A DNA stretch of 48,601 bases from Methanobacteriota archaeon (lineage in GTDB: Archaea > Thermoplasmatota > Poseidoniia > Poseidoniales > Thalassarchaeaceae): contig PCAW01000037.1 of NCBI GenBank assembly GCA_002730775.1, positions 1-48,601 on the forward strand, given 5' to 3'. This document shows, one piece after another, positions 1 through 9,147 of this stretch; within the stretch, counting starts at the first letter, position 1, and each line of letters opens with the position of its first letter. The notes under the pieces are model-generated. The model saw only the letters and a list, made by a program, of their open reading frames with translations, ran no database searches and had not been told where the DNA came from. Made by a program: the position numbers and the translations under genes.

Positions 1-8
1 ATGCTACT

Positions 9-84
9 GCCCCGATGGTGTAGTGGCCTATCATGCAGCCCTGTCGAGGCTGCGACCCGGGTTCAAATCCCGGTCGGGGCGCCA
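9..84 (+). tRNA. tRNA-Asp (anticodon GUC), CCA encoded, no intron
   Basis: Acceptor stem GCCCCGA(9-15)/TCGGGGC(74-80); anticodon stem CAGCC/GGCTG with loop CTGTCGA (GTC at 43-45); T-arm CCGGG-TTCAAAT-CCCGG; discriminator G81, CCA 82-84. Confidence 0.97.
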
Positions 85-663
85 CTAATCTGAGTTCTCT
101 TCCCACCAGTTTACTTTTTCTTCTGGCTCTGATTCTGAATGTTCATACTTCGGCAGATCTGGTAACATATCTATTGATTCTTCAATTATCTTTTTGTAGC
201 CCACAACTGACATTTTTCCTGGGACAGTGGTGCGCCATTGCCCTGTAAGTTCCCAACCAGGAATAGCATTCGCCCACTCCCTATCCTTCCTTATGAGATA
301 GTCATCATGGGACCAAATCGGACCTACCTCTACATCCATATTCATGCCTTCCCATTCCTCCAATGTACTTATTGGGACGGTGTCATTATTCAGCATTGAA
401 TCTTCAGACGTAATAATAGCCTTACTAATCATTCTCAATCCCGCGAAGTTCATCCCAATTCCGGCTAGAAAAAATGGGGCAGAAAAAGCCAACATAAAAA
501 TTGAAAATCCCAAATAATCGAGATCAAGGACACCATCACTTAACATCATAAAAGGAACCATTGTAAAAGGTAGACCAAAGCAGAAAAAGAATAGCCCTAC
601 GAGGATCATGCCAATTTTTTCTACAGGTGATCCGGGAATAAAATCAGATTGCGCGTTAACCAT
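85..663 (-). CDS. Two-TM membrane protein with a C-terminal MVL-like (mannan-binding lectin) domain
   Basis: Two hydrophobic helices (aa ~17-41, ~51-76), then GPIWS...TGQWRTTVPGKMSV, matching the MVL repeat motif GPLWS...TGQWxTxVxGxMSV. Confidence 0.75.
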   Translation of the reverse strand: MVNAQSDFIPGSPVEKIGMILVGLFFFCFGLPFTMVPFMMLSDGVLDLDYLGFSIFMLAFSAPFFLAGIGMNFAGLRMISKAIITSEDSMLNNDTVPISTLEEWEGMNMDVEVGPIWSHDDYLIRKDREWANAIPGWELTGQWRTTVPGKMSVVGYKKIIEESIDMLPDLPKYEHSESEPEEKVNWWEENSD

Positions 664-685
664 ATCCTAACCAACCAATTCGAAA

Positions 686-1726
686 TTACTCCAAGGCCAT
701 ATTAAAAAATACCCCTAATTTAGATTGATATTCGTCAGAATTACCCCATAATGCGTCTACATGGCCTCTTTGCTCAACATACCATGTAGTAACATTAGCA
801 TCATTAGAAATCATTCTTTCCTCAAATGTTTCAGAATGTTCAATCGATACTCTCGGATCTTCTTTTCCATGGGTAAGGAATACCGGCCTGTCTCCCGCGT
901 TGTCCGCTGCTTCTAGCGGTGAACGTTCAGTAAGGCTGATTCCTGCGAGCCATCCTCCGACTCTGACGCCAGGTCCTGCAAAGCTAGACGGGAATCCCAA
1001 TCGATCTAATTCGTTCTTTATGACTAATGGGAAGTCAAGTACGGCACTATCTAACCACATTGCCCCTATTCCTGGTTCATCTGCAAAAGCAATTGCCGCA
1101 CCGCCACCAAGTGAGAATGCGGTCATTCCAACTTCTCCCGGAGAATATCCTTTCTCAGAAACTAACCAATCATAAGCTCCCAAGATGTCTTTGTATTCTT
1201 TTTGACCGATACTCACATAATCACTGACAACATCGCTATCGCCATAATTCCTCAAATCAAAAGAAAGACTATTGATACCTGCTTCAGCAAGATAGCTTTG
1301 CATCAACAACATTTCTGGTTTGCATTTACCATTCTGAGGCATTCCGTGTGTTTGTATTACAACCGGAGCATTTGGATCGACTTCGATATACCATCCTCGA
1401 AGAGTTATTCCGGATTCGCCTCTAGGTTCAAATGAGACATTCTCGTACTGATATTGATAATTAGACACATCAAAATTCTTCCTTATGTCTATACGCTCCT
1501 CTGAATCATTCCATGGTTCAAAACTTTCCCAGTCGTCATTAGTGGTCCAATTATCGGGTGTATTAGAAGCCCACATGCCACAACCAGGATTTGCAGAAAT
1601 ACCTTGGGACGCAACTGTGTATCCAATACCGATATAAGCGAGAGAGAATAAGAATGTAGATACTAAGAATATTGCAACGATTTTTCGTTTATTATCAATT
1701 ATTGGAGCTATATTCCAGCGGCTCAT
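686..1726 (-). CDS. Membrane-anchored alpha/beta hydrolase
   Basis: N-terminal TM, LRGWY, HG oxyanion motif, FDLRNYGDS, nucleophile elbow AFSLGG, HGxxDxRV, GH. Confidence 0.88.
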   Translation of the reverse strand: MSRWNIAPIIDNKRKIVAIFLVSTFLFSLAYIGIGYTVASQGISANPGCGMWASNTPDNWTTNDDWESFEPWNDSEERIDIRKNFDVSNYQYQYENVSFEPRGESGITLRGWYIEVDPNAPVVIQTHGMPQNGKCKPEMLLMQSYLAEAGINSLSFDLRNYGDSDVVSDYVSIGQKEYKDILGAYDWLVSEKGYSPGEVGMTAFSLGGGAAIAFADEPGIGAMWLDSAVLDFPLVIKNELDRLGFPSSFAGPGVRVGGWLAGISLTERSPLEAADNAGDRPVFLTHGKEDPRVSIEHSETFEERMISNDANVTTWYVEQRGHVDALWGNSDEYQSKLGVFFNMALE

Positions 1727-1869
1727 TGTTCTGCGGAAGAGTATATTGCAAATAAAATAGAGACTTTATCGTTAGTTTGAATTTTAATTTTGTGCGACTT
1801 TTTGTATTTCATTTTGATTTAGGTATGGAAAAATAGTTTCGAAAAAAGAATTGAAGTAGAATGAATCTA

Positions 1870-3057
1870 TCATGTAGTATCTTTTCCAATCCATGCTTCG
1901 AATGAGCATAGTCTTAATGCGCTACTGTAATCTCTCTTGATTTTTAATTCAGGTTTTGGTTTACCGGCTAGGATGGGTGGAAGAATTTCATTTATTTTAC
2001 TATTGGCAGATGGAATGTCTGATTCTGCGACTATTACTCTGCCTCGTATTAATGAAACGTTACTTCGATTGAGTAAGGGAATTAAGTCAGGGAGAAGCTC
2101 TATTGTTCGATGAGGAAGGTTGACCAAGACCATATCCCATTTACCCGAATATTGAGGATTTTGAGAAAGTTTTGTAGCATCAGCCAATCCAACTATTCTG
2201 TCATCATAATATTTTTGTAACTTTTCTGATTTGGTCGGATATTCTCTTTTGTCCCATCTCTTGAGATTCTCGAATAATAATTCCACTGCTGATGAATTCA
2301 AATCAGAGGCTAGTATATTGCCGACTAAGTCTTCTTCTGCAATCAAGGTAGATAGTGCGGGACCTACTCCACAAAACGGATCACAAATCGCTAAAGGACG
2401 ATTGAGTTCATTACGTAATTCTTTAGCGAATCGAAGTGTTTCAAGCCTCTCTGTTTGAAGTTTAGTTGAGTAGTATGCCACTTTGGGATCACATGAGATA
2501 TATCTGCCGGATTCTTTGACCGAAACCTTTGTGTTGGTGAGTTCTGAAGGAATGTTGTCAAAATATAATTCTGAATCTTTACGCGCTCCTATAGGTTCTA
2601 AATCTCTAATTCTTAATTCTCCCATCACTCCTCCATCAGATAATACTAATCTAATAAATGGATGAGAGAGTAGTTTGGCTTGGGCAATTTTAGATGTATA
2701 TTGTTCTATACTATCATCTATTCTTACTATCAACATATCTCCAAAAAATTCATGTGATGAGGGCCATGATTCTTTATGCTCAATCACCGTATCTTTTCCT
2801 ACTAAATTTTCCAAATGATTCCACCAATCGGTATCTATGATTTCATTTGGCATTCCTTCAGAGAAAACAATTTCAAATTCGCAGAGAGGTTTTGGTAAAT
2901 TTATATTGGCAGACACTGAAATAGGGATTAGGCGATTTTTTCCGTCTTCTGAGGAAAAAATTCTGTGCTCCTTGGATAACCAATCAAATTTTGTTATCTC
3001 GGTTAAAGCAGCCTGTACTTTTTTATTTGGCACTAGTAAATGTCGCATCACGTTCAT
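1870..3057 (-). CDS. trm5: tRNA (guanine37-N1)-methyltransferase, Trm5/Met-10+ family
   Basis: EFFGDMLIV, GELRIR, KESG...D..KVAYYS.KL.TER, SAM motif DPFCGVGP, NLP motif. Start moved from 3123 to ATG 3057 (or 3048) to avoid head-to-head overlap with dph5. Confidence 0.8.
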   Translation of the reverse strand: MNVMRHLLVPNKKVQAALTEITKFDWLSKEHRIFSSEDGKNRLIPISVSANINLPKPLCEFEIVFSEGMPNEIIDTDWWNHLENLVGKDTVIEHKESWPSSHEFFGDMLIVRIDDSIEQYTSKIAQAKLLSHPFIRLVLSDGGVMGELRIRDLEPIGARKDSELYFDNIPSELTNTKVSVKESGRYISCDPKVAYYSTKLQTERLETLRFAKELRNELNRPLAICDPFCGVGPALSTLIAEEDLVGNILASDLNSSAVELLFENLKRWDKREYPTKSEKLQKYYDDRIVGLADATKLSQNPQYSGKWDMVLVNLPHRTIELLPDLIPLLNRSNVSLIRGRVIVAESDIPSANSKINEILPPILAGKPKPELKIKRDYSSALRLCSFEAWIGKDTT

Positions 3058-3085
3058 GATGTGCAGGCGGTTAGACCCCTTCACC

Positions 3086-3898
3086 ATGACGGAGGAGAGA
3101 TTGTCGGCTGGCTTGTGGCTCATTGGCTTGGGGCCTGGAAATTTAGATCACATGAGTCAGAAGGCAATCGACGTAGCAAGAGCATGTTCTGAAAGATTTT
3201 TAGAAGGGTATACTGCTATTCTTCCGCCTTATCAAGAAGATAGATTAGAGGATTTTGTAGGAGGGTGGGAGAGAATAATGAGGCCTCTAGTTGAAAATCC
3301 TGAAAAAATATTAAAATTGGCCAAAAAAGAACCTGTCGCGTTACTAATTGTGGGAGACCCCATGCAAGCCACTACTCATGTTGATTTAGAAGCGAGATGT
3401 GATGAATTACATATAGGTTTCAATATTATACCGGGAATTACTGCTACGGCACTTGCAGTATCATTATCGGGATTACAATCCTACAGGTTTGGGAGGCAGG
3501 TTACCATTCCTTATTCCTATGGTAATTATTTACCTTCGTCGCCTTTGGAAATGATCTATAGAAATTATGATAATAATCTCCATACTCTTGTATTGTTGGA
3601 TTTAGACCCTACAGGAATGGGGGTAGAGAAGCCTACTCCTATGAGTCCTCGCGATGCATTCACAATACTACAAAAAATGGAAGAAAGAATGGTCGAGGAG
3701 GGGAAAAAAATATCGCAACAGATAAAAAATTTAGATAGTATTTTACTTACCGATATCTCATTAGACTCTCAAAAAATTATTGCTGGCAATCTTTCTGAAA
3801 TCTCAGAGTACAATGATGGTTGGATCCATTGTTTGATTATACCTTCTAAAATGAATCAAAATGAAATTGATGCCTTTGAACGTAGGAAAATTGTTTGA
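3086..3898 (+). CDS. dph5: Diphthine synthase
   Basis: LWLIGLG, FLEGYTA, LLIVGDPMQATTH, GLQSYRFGRQVTIP, NLHTLVLLD; start at ATG 3086 rather than 2837. Confidence 0.93.
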   Translation: MTEERLSAGLWLIGLGPGNLDHMSQKAIDVARACSERFLEGYTAILPPYQEDRLEDFVGGWERIMRPLVENPEKILKLAKKEPVALLIVGDPMQATTHVDLEARCDELHIGFNIIPGITATALAVSLSGLQSYRFGRQVTIPYSYGNYLPSSPLEMIYRNYDNNLHTLVLLDLDPTGMGVEKPTPMSPRDAFTILQKMEERMVEEGKKISQQIKNLDSILLTDISLDSQKIIAGNLSEISEYNDGWIHCLIIPSKMNQNEIDAFERRKIV

Positions 3899-3950
3899 CC
3901 ATCTAATCGACGAACTCAAGGGGGGTCGATGTTTCCGTTAATTGTATAAC

Positions 3951-5651
3951 ATGGCTCGCCCACCTGCTGAAGTAAGATTTCCTGGCGATAAAAATCGTAG
4001 GAAAAAAATCAAAGTGCGCGGTATAAAACAGGCTTCTAAACAAATCCAGCAAAGATTAGAGAAGGATTTGGATGCTCTTTTGGAAGACCCCAAGATATTC
4101 TTGCCAGAAATAAAAGCGGAACTTGGTAGACCTAGGAAAGATATGATGGCTGCAAGCTTGAAGGAAATTGAATATGTCTCAAAAAAGCGTCACGATAGAA
4201 AATGGTTAGCTAGAAGAATGGTGAAGAGGAGAGGTTGTATGGTTTCCCGGGCATTAGCTGGTAGTCTGTTGGCTGCTCTTGATGGAGATCATTCAACAGT
4301 AGCCGTATTCAATAATCCAATATATGGTACTTCGAGTTTTATTAGAAGAGGTAATGGGAAACAGGCCCATCAGGCAGCAATTCAAAATTATAATAATCAT
4401 AAATTAAGAATGTTAGCTTGGGATGAACATGCAAAGTCTGGACACTGGTTTTTCTCTTGGAAAAATGGGTTTGAATATACAGGCATGGCACCTAAATCAC
4501 CTGAAAATTGGATCGATGCTGCACTGGAGTTCTCCTCTGTTAAATTTTCTGGAGATAAAATAAGATGGAGTAAAGGACTTGATGAAGAGACGGTACTGAA
4601 TAACGTCTTTTCGGATTCTGGATGGTTAAAAATTACCTTTCAAAACGGCGTTATTGCTGGGTTGTCGCAAAATTCTCTTACCAAAACTGAAGAAGGTTTC
4701 GTTCCGTCAATAGCACTCACAATGTTGCCGCCAAAAATCTCTGAAATCATCGATGCTGAGTGGATGTGGAGGCCAATTGGTTGGCCTGAAGATAAGGCTT
4801 TACCGACTGAAGGATTGGAAAAATTAGATGAAGTATTACTTGCTTGGATGTCAATGGCTTTGGAAGATTCTTCGTTGGGTAGAGAATGCCGCAAAAGTAT
4901 CTTGAACTCAATTGATGAGGGTTATATTAGTGGCAATAATTGGTTCGATAATGAGTCAAAGAAAGACTTCTTAGAGTTTTTATCAGGAAGTGATGATGAG
5001 AAGGAGGCAATTGCCGCTGTATTAGATAATCTAGAGACTGGAATACATGTAAGGCAAGATGCCATTACTTTTGAATTGGAGGAAAAAGTTGTAAGATTTG
5101 AAGAAAATGCTTGCCATCCTCTTTTGGTTTCTTTATGGAAAGATCACGGGCTCACTATATTGGATCAAATGTTCGAATTAAGTGGCGAAGAAGCCGAGGA
5201 AATTTACAATAAACAATTACAACGGAAACAAGGTTTTGGGGCATTTTTGAGAGAGTTGAATAATAATCTCTCAACGGCAAAAAAATTAGACTCGTTACCT
5301 TGGAGTAATGTTTCATTACCAAAGCCACTTAGTTTTGCAGATAAATTAATCAGAAAGGCGGGTGACGATGGAGTTGCATCTACTGTATCATTGGCTAGAA
5401 AAGGAAAAGATTTGGATGCGGCAATGGGATGGGCTTGGCTTGTTGTACACGATAGAACAGAATCGGATGCATGGAGATTTGATTCAGCTTCTCGTGACAA
5501 AGGTAGCGATTGGGTCCCTGTACTACATATGTTATGGAATTCAGCTAAAAGAATTCTGAATGAGAATAGTGAAGAGGCAGTATCTGACTATGTTGAGGCT
5601 ATGAAAAAATTAGCAGAAATATCTGGTGCTGGTAAATTAACTTCTCCATGA
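3951..5651 (+). CDS. Conserved-looking hypothetical soluble protein with a basic N-terminus
   Basis: 566-aa open frame filling the gap between dph5 and the LysE gene; no recognisable motif. Confidence 0.8.
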   Translation: MARPPAEVRFPGDKNRRKKIKVRGIKQASKQIQQRLEKDLDALLEDPKIFLPEIKAELGRPRKDMMAASLKEIEYVSKKRHDRKWLARRMVKRRGCMVSRALAGSLLAALDGDHSTVAVFNNPIYGTSSFIRRGNGKQAHQAAIQNYNNHKLRMLAWDEHAKSGHWFFSWKNGFEYTGMAPKSPENWIDAALEFSSVKFSGDKIRWSKGLDEETVLNNVFSDSGWLKITFQNGVIAGLSQNSLTKTEEGFVPSIALTMLPPKISEIIDAEWMWRPIGWPEDKALPTEGLEKLDEVLLAWMSMALEDSSLGRECRKSILNSIDEGYISGNNWFDNESKKDFLEFLSGSDDEKEAIAAVLDNLETGIHVRQDAITFELEEKVVRFEENACHPLLVSLWKDHGLTILDQMFELSGEEAEEIYNKQLQRKQGFGAFLRELNNNLSTAKKLDSLPWSNVSLPKPLSFADKLIRKAGDDGVASTVSLARKGKDLDAAMGWAWLVVHDRTESDAWRFDSASRDKGSDWVPVLHMLWNSAKRILNENSEEAVSDYVEAMKKLAEISGAGKLTSP

Positions 5652-5654
5652 GTA

Positions 5655-6257
5655 TCAAACTACTATCCAAATTGCAACAGCAATTAATGAAAAACCCATT
5701 CCTCTGTTTAACATTGTAGCCGACTTTGTAGTTGTGAACAACTTTCTTAGTTGAGTACCGAAACCAGCCCATGTCATAACAGCAGGTAACCCAAATACAA
5801 GATTAAGTCCTACAAGCATCACTTTTGCTCCAAAACTAGGGCCGAATAAAAGTCCGAATTGGGTCATTAAAACTAGAAAATGAATCCATGCTTTGCCGTT
5901 GACGATTTGCAGAACAATGCCGGTTATTGGACCCAATTTAGTGCTTTTTTGTTCATCGTCAGACATTGGAGAAGATTTGAAAACTTGATACCCTAAATAT
6001 GCGATATATAATGCTCCAATGTATGTCAACAAATCAAAGAAATTTTGGTTTTTTTCTATGAATACAGTTGCTCCACCTACAAAAATACCCAATGATGACC
6101 AACCTACTGCCATTCCTGAAATTAATGGTAAGGTGCCTTTGAAACCGTGCTGCGAACCGTGTGCAGCACAAAGAATATTATTTGGTCCCGGAGAAAAACA
6201 CATTGCAATTGTGAAGACTAGGAATTGGGCGAGAAGTTCTGAATCCATATTAACCAC
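5655..6257 (-). CDS. LysE-family exporter, EamB(YfiK)-like
   Basis: SPGPNNIL..AHG..HGF...G motif, GALYIAYLGY, LQIVNGK; ~6 TM; start overlaps the upstream stop (TAGTG); alternative ATG at 6248. Confidence 0.88.
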   Translation of the reverse strand: MVNMDSELLAQFLVFTIAMCFSPGPNNILCAAHGSQHGFKGTLPLISGMAVGWSSLGIFVGGATVFIEKNQNFFDLLTYIGALYIAYLGYQVFKSSPMSDDEQKSTKLGPITGIVLQIVNGKAWIHFLVLMTQFGLLFGPSFGAKVMLVGLNLVFGLPAVMTWAGFGTQLRKLFTTTKSATMLNRGMGFSLIAVAIWIVV

Positions 6258-7459
6258 TAAGCACGAGTGGAAAGTAAGTCAGCAGCTACAGCTAAAGCCT
6301 GTTCGATGTCGTTCCAAATATCTTCAACATCTTCAATTCCAACGCTCATTCTAACAAAACCAGGCACTACTCCTGCTTCCATTCTTACTTCTTCGGGAAC
6401 AAACATATGACTGGAATTGAATGGGCATTCTACTAAACTCTCAACACCGCCCAAACTTGTTGCTTCAAGTGTCATGTTCAATGATTTCAGGAACTTAAGG
6501 GCTGCTGCATCTCCCCCTTTAACTACGTAGGAAAGCATACCACTGCCTTTTGGTAAAATTCTTCTTGCTAACTCATAATCATCATAATTTGGTAGAGAAA
6601 CATGATTCACTGATTCGATCATTGAATGTGTAGAAAGCCTTCTTGCTAACTCTGCGGCATTAGATGTATGGATTGGCATTCGAGCATGTAAAGTCCTCAT
6701 TCCCCTCTCTAGAAGATAACACATGTGAGGATCTGCGGCACCTCCAAAGTGTACTTTTTTAGGGAAAATTTGGGCTATTAAATCTTTTTTACCCACTACA
6801 AATCCTGCAATTAAATCTGAGTGGCCGCCGAGATATTTTGTTCCTGAATGTATTACTAAGTCAAATCCGCTCTTAACTGGGTTGCAGCCCCATGGTGAAG
6901 CAAATGTATTATCAACAACAGAAATTAGATTATTTTTTTGTGCTATTACAGCCATGGCGTCTAAATCGCAAACTTTCAGAACTGGATTGGATAATGTTTC
7001 CACGTAGATCATTTTTGTGTTGTCTTGAATTGCAGCTTCGTATGAAGAAGGGTCTCTCATATCAGCCATAGTTACTTCGATACCAAAACGCGGAAGATCT
7101 TCGGTAAGCAACCCATATGTTCCTCCGTAAACGTCTGTACTAGCAATAACATGATCCCCGCTTGATAAGAGGCCGAGAAGTGTTGTAGATATTGCCGCCA
7201 TACCACTAGCAAAGGTTTCTCCATCCTCTGCACCTTCCATAGCGACGATTTTTTGCGCAACCGCTTCTGAATTGATACTGGATAGCCTCGCATAGAGCAT
7301 TGTGTGCTGAGCCCCACCAGCCCAACCTGCATATCTTTCATCAGTCAAATGATATGTTGAAGACAAGAATACGGGAGTATTTACTCCTCCTCCAACAGAA
7401 TTTGTTCCTGAATGTACTGCTTTAGTTGCGAATCTCTTGTCGGTATTGTCATTCCTCAT
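6257..7459 (-). CDS. PLP-dependent Cys/Met-metabolism enzyme (cystathionine gamma-lyase/synthase family)
   Basis: FATKAVH, FASGMAAI, YGGT, ETLSNP, VDNTFASP, HSGTKYLGGHSD (PLP Lys), SLGGVESL, RMSVGIED. Confidence 0.93.
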   Translation of the reverse strand: MRNDNTDKRFATKAVHSGTNSVGGGVNTPVFLSSTYHLTDERYAGWAGGAQHTMLYARLSSINSEAVAQKIVAMEGAEDGETFASGMAAISTTLLGLLSSGDHVIASTDVYGGTYGLLTEDLPRFGIEVTMADMRDPSSYEAAIQDNTKMIYVETLSNPVLKVCDLDAMAVIAQKNNLISVVDNTFASPWGCNPVKSGFDLVIHSGTKYLGGHSDLIAGFVVGKKDLIAQIFPKKVHFGGAADPHMCYLLERGMRTLHARMPIHTSNAAELARRLSTHSMIESVNHVSLPNYDDYELARRILPKGSGMLSYVVKGGDAAALKFLKSLNMTLEATSLGGVESLVECPFNSSHMFVPEEVRMEAGVVPGFVRMSVGIEDVEDIWNDIEQALAVAADLLSTRA

Positions 7460-7514
7460 ATACCTCGGAGAGAGTGTAAGCAAATCAACTAAACGGCGAA
7501 TATATGATAAAGAT

Positions 7515-7560
7515 GTCGAGATTTTGACGGAGAATAGTGAAATAGCCGACTTATTGACGG
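7515..7560. promoter_or_regulatory. Two phased imperfect repeats, candidate Lrp/AsnC operator sites
   Basis: GTCGAGATTTTGACGG (7515-7530) and GCCGACTTATTGACGG (7545-7560), 12/16 identical, exactly 30 bp apart, in the divergent gap next to the Lrp gene. Confidence 0.55.
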
Positions 7561-7594
7561 AAATACTAAGAAAGAATAGTCTTAGCGTCGTATA

Positions 7595-8065
7595 ATGCCC
7601 TTTTCAAATCTAGATACTAAAGATTCTGGTATACTAAAAATGCTAAATGAAGATTCGAGAGCGACTACACAGGCAATAGCCGATGCTTTGAATATGCCAA
7701 GAGTTACGGTCCATGATAGAATAAAAAGATTGCAAGATAGAGGAGTCATAGATAAATTTTCTGTGGAGATAAATCGAAGAGAGTTAGGGTGGCCTTTGCA
7801 TGGATTCATTCTTGCGAATTGGGCAGGGCAGAGAGAAGATATTGATAGGAGATTCGTGGCTGAAGAAATTTGTAAAATGCCTTTCGTTGTAGGGTGCCAT
7901 ATAGTTACTGGCCAATGGGATTTTATTGTAGAAGTGGTGGCTAAAGATATGGCTAATTTAGGAGATTCCATCTTAGATCAGTTGTCTGAAATTAATGGAG
8001 TTGGGCACACTCAAACTTTGGTTTCTTTCTACAGCTTTGACGGTGTTGCCAAATCTCTTGGTTAA
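7595..8065 (+). CDS. Lrp/AsnC family transcriptional regulator
   Basis: LD.KD..IL..L.EDSR....IA..L....TV.DRIKRL...GVI HTH; C-terminal RAM domain VTGQWDF. Confidence 0.95.
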   Translation: MPFSNLDTKDSGILKMLNEDSRATTQAIADALNMPRVTVHDRIKRLQDRGVIDKFSVEINRRELGWPLHGFILANWAGQREDIDRRFVAEEICKMPFVVGCHIVTGQWDFIVEVVAKDMANLGDSILDQLSEINGVGHTQTLVSFYSFDGVAKSLG

Positions 8066-8745
8066 CTGACAGGATCATTAATCCCCCATATCCTATCTGT
8101 TAATTGGAGGAACAGGGCGACTACTGGGCCTATCAATATCGCAAAAATAATAGTTCCCAACCCAAATACTCCGCCGAGTTTCCAACCAATTAACAATGCA
8201 ATTATTTCGATTGTTGTTCTAACCCTACCTATTGGTATATTAGTAATTCTCTGGAGACCTGTCATCCATCCGTCGCGTGGCCCGGGGCCTAAGTTTGCGG
8301 TCAAATAAAAACCACTGCCTATGCCGACTAATATTGTGCCTAACAATACTTGAATAAACTGATAAATTTGTTGTTCAGGGTGTGGAAGATATGGTTCCAT
8401 GACATCAATGGCTACAGCAATTAATATTGCATTTAGAATTGTCCCAACTCCTGGTTTTTCTTTCAATGGTATCCATAAGAAAAGCACTATTACGCTAATG
8501 AAAAACGTTGCTTGACCTATTGTCCAGTCAAATTGGATTCCGATACCTTGGGCTAAAACTGTCCAAGGAGCTACCCCGAGTCCGGCTGCAATAATTACAG
8601 CATCTCCTGTGCCGAATATCCATAATCCTATGACTAATATGGTTAAGGTGTTTAATTTGGGCTTAGTAGACATTGGGTCATTAGAGCTCCAAGTAGTGGT
8701 AGGTACCTTTTTTGCCAATTTGAAAAAAGGTTGAGATTTAGACAA
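8062..8745 (-). CDS. YczE/YyaS/YitT family membrane protein
   Basis: AGLGVAPW.VL.QG, G.GTILNA..I, LGPGPRDG.M.GL, G..GLGTIIFA..IGP. Confidence 0.88.
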   Translation of the reverse strand: MSKSQPFFKLAKKVPTTTWSSNDPMSTKPKLNTLTILVIGLWIFGTGDAVIIAAGLGVAPWTVLAQGIGIQFDWTIGQATFFISVIVLFLWIPLKEKPGVGTILNAILIAVAIDVMEPYLPHPEQQIYQFIQVLLGTILVGIGSGFYLTANLGPGPRDGWMTGLQRITNIPIGRVRTTIEIIALLIGWKLGGVFGLGTIIFAILIGPVVALFLQLTDRIWGINDPVS

Positions 8746-8748
8746 AAA

Positions 8749-9066
8749 TTACTCACCTTTAACCCAATTAGAGTATTCATCCGTGGATTCTACCGCCCAA
8801 TATAATATTTCAGGGACATCGTAAGGATGTTCTGATTTTATCTTATGAATCAATTTTTTAATCTTAGATTTGGTAGTTTTAAGTTGTATCAGCCATTCTG
8901 ATTCACTCGTTATTTCTTCCCTCCAGCGATATATCGATCTTCCTCTATTTACTTGTACACAAGCAGAGAGTTTTGAATCTATAATAGACTGAGCCCAAAT
9001 CCCAACTTCTGCATCATTAAGGTCGCCACTAAGAGATGTTTGAACTATGAATAGCGTGTCAACCAT
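8749..9066 (-). CDS. cutA: CutA divalent-cation tolerance protein
   Basis: L.ACVQ, SIYRW, E....LKT, HPYDVPEI, Y..WV; start at ATG 9066. Confidence 0.9.
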   Translation of the reverse strand: MVDTLFIVQTSLSGDLNDAEVGIWAQSIIDSKLSACVQVNRGRSIYRWREEITSESEWLIQLKTTKSKIKKLIHKIKSEHPYDVPEILYWAVESTDEYSNWVKGE

Positions 9067-9147
9067 GGACAATCCTAGACGGGTTTCCAATATAGCCTGT
9101 GGCATATATTCAATGCCTGTGTATGCTTCCGAAGTTTCGGCGATAAG

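Noticed and set aside
33..248. 71-aa plus-strand ORF
   Set aside because: Starts inside tRNA-Asp and runs antisense to the lectin-domain gene; shadow ORF
60..1869. Integrated element at the tRNA-Asp 3' end
   Set aside because: No integrase, and I saw no second copy of the tRNA 3' end (att repeat) in the window
2837..3123. Long head-to-head overlap of trm5 and dph5 in the ORF track
   Set aside because: Family motifs begin at internal ATGs (3086; 3057/3048), so the extensions are artefacts of longest-ORF calling
6257..7459. Specific call as methionine gamma-lyase
   Set aside because: Has YGGT rather than the MGL-diagnostic YGCT; substrate cannot be assigned from sequence
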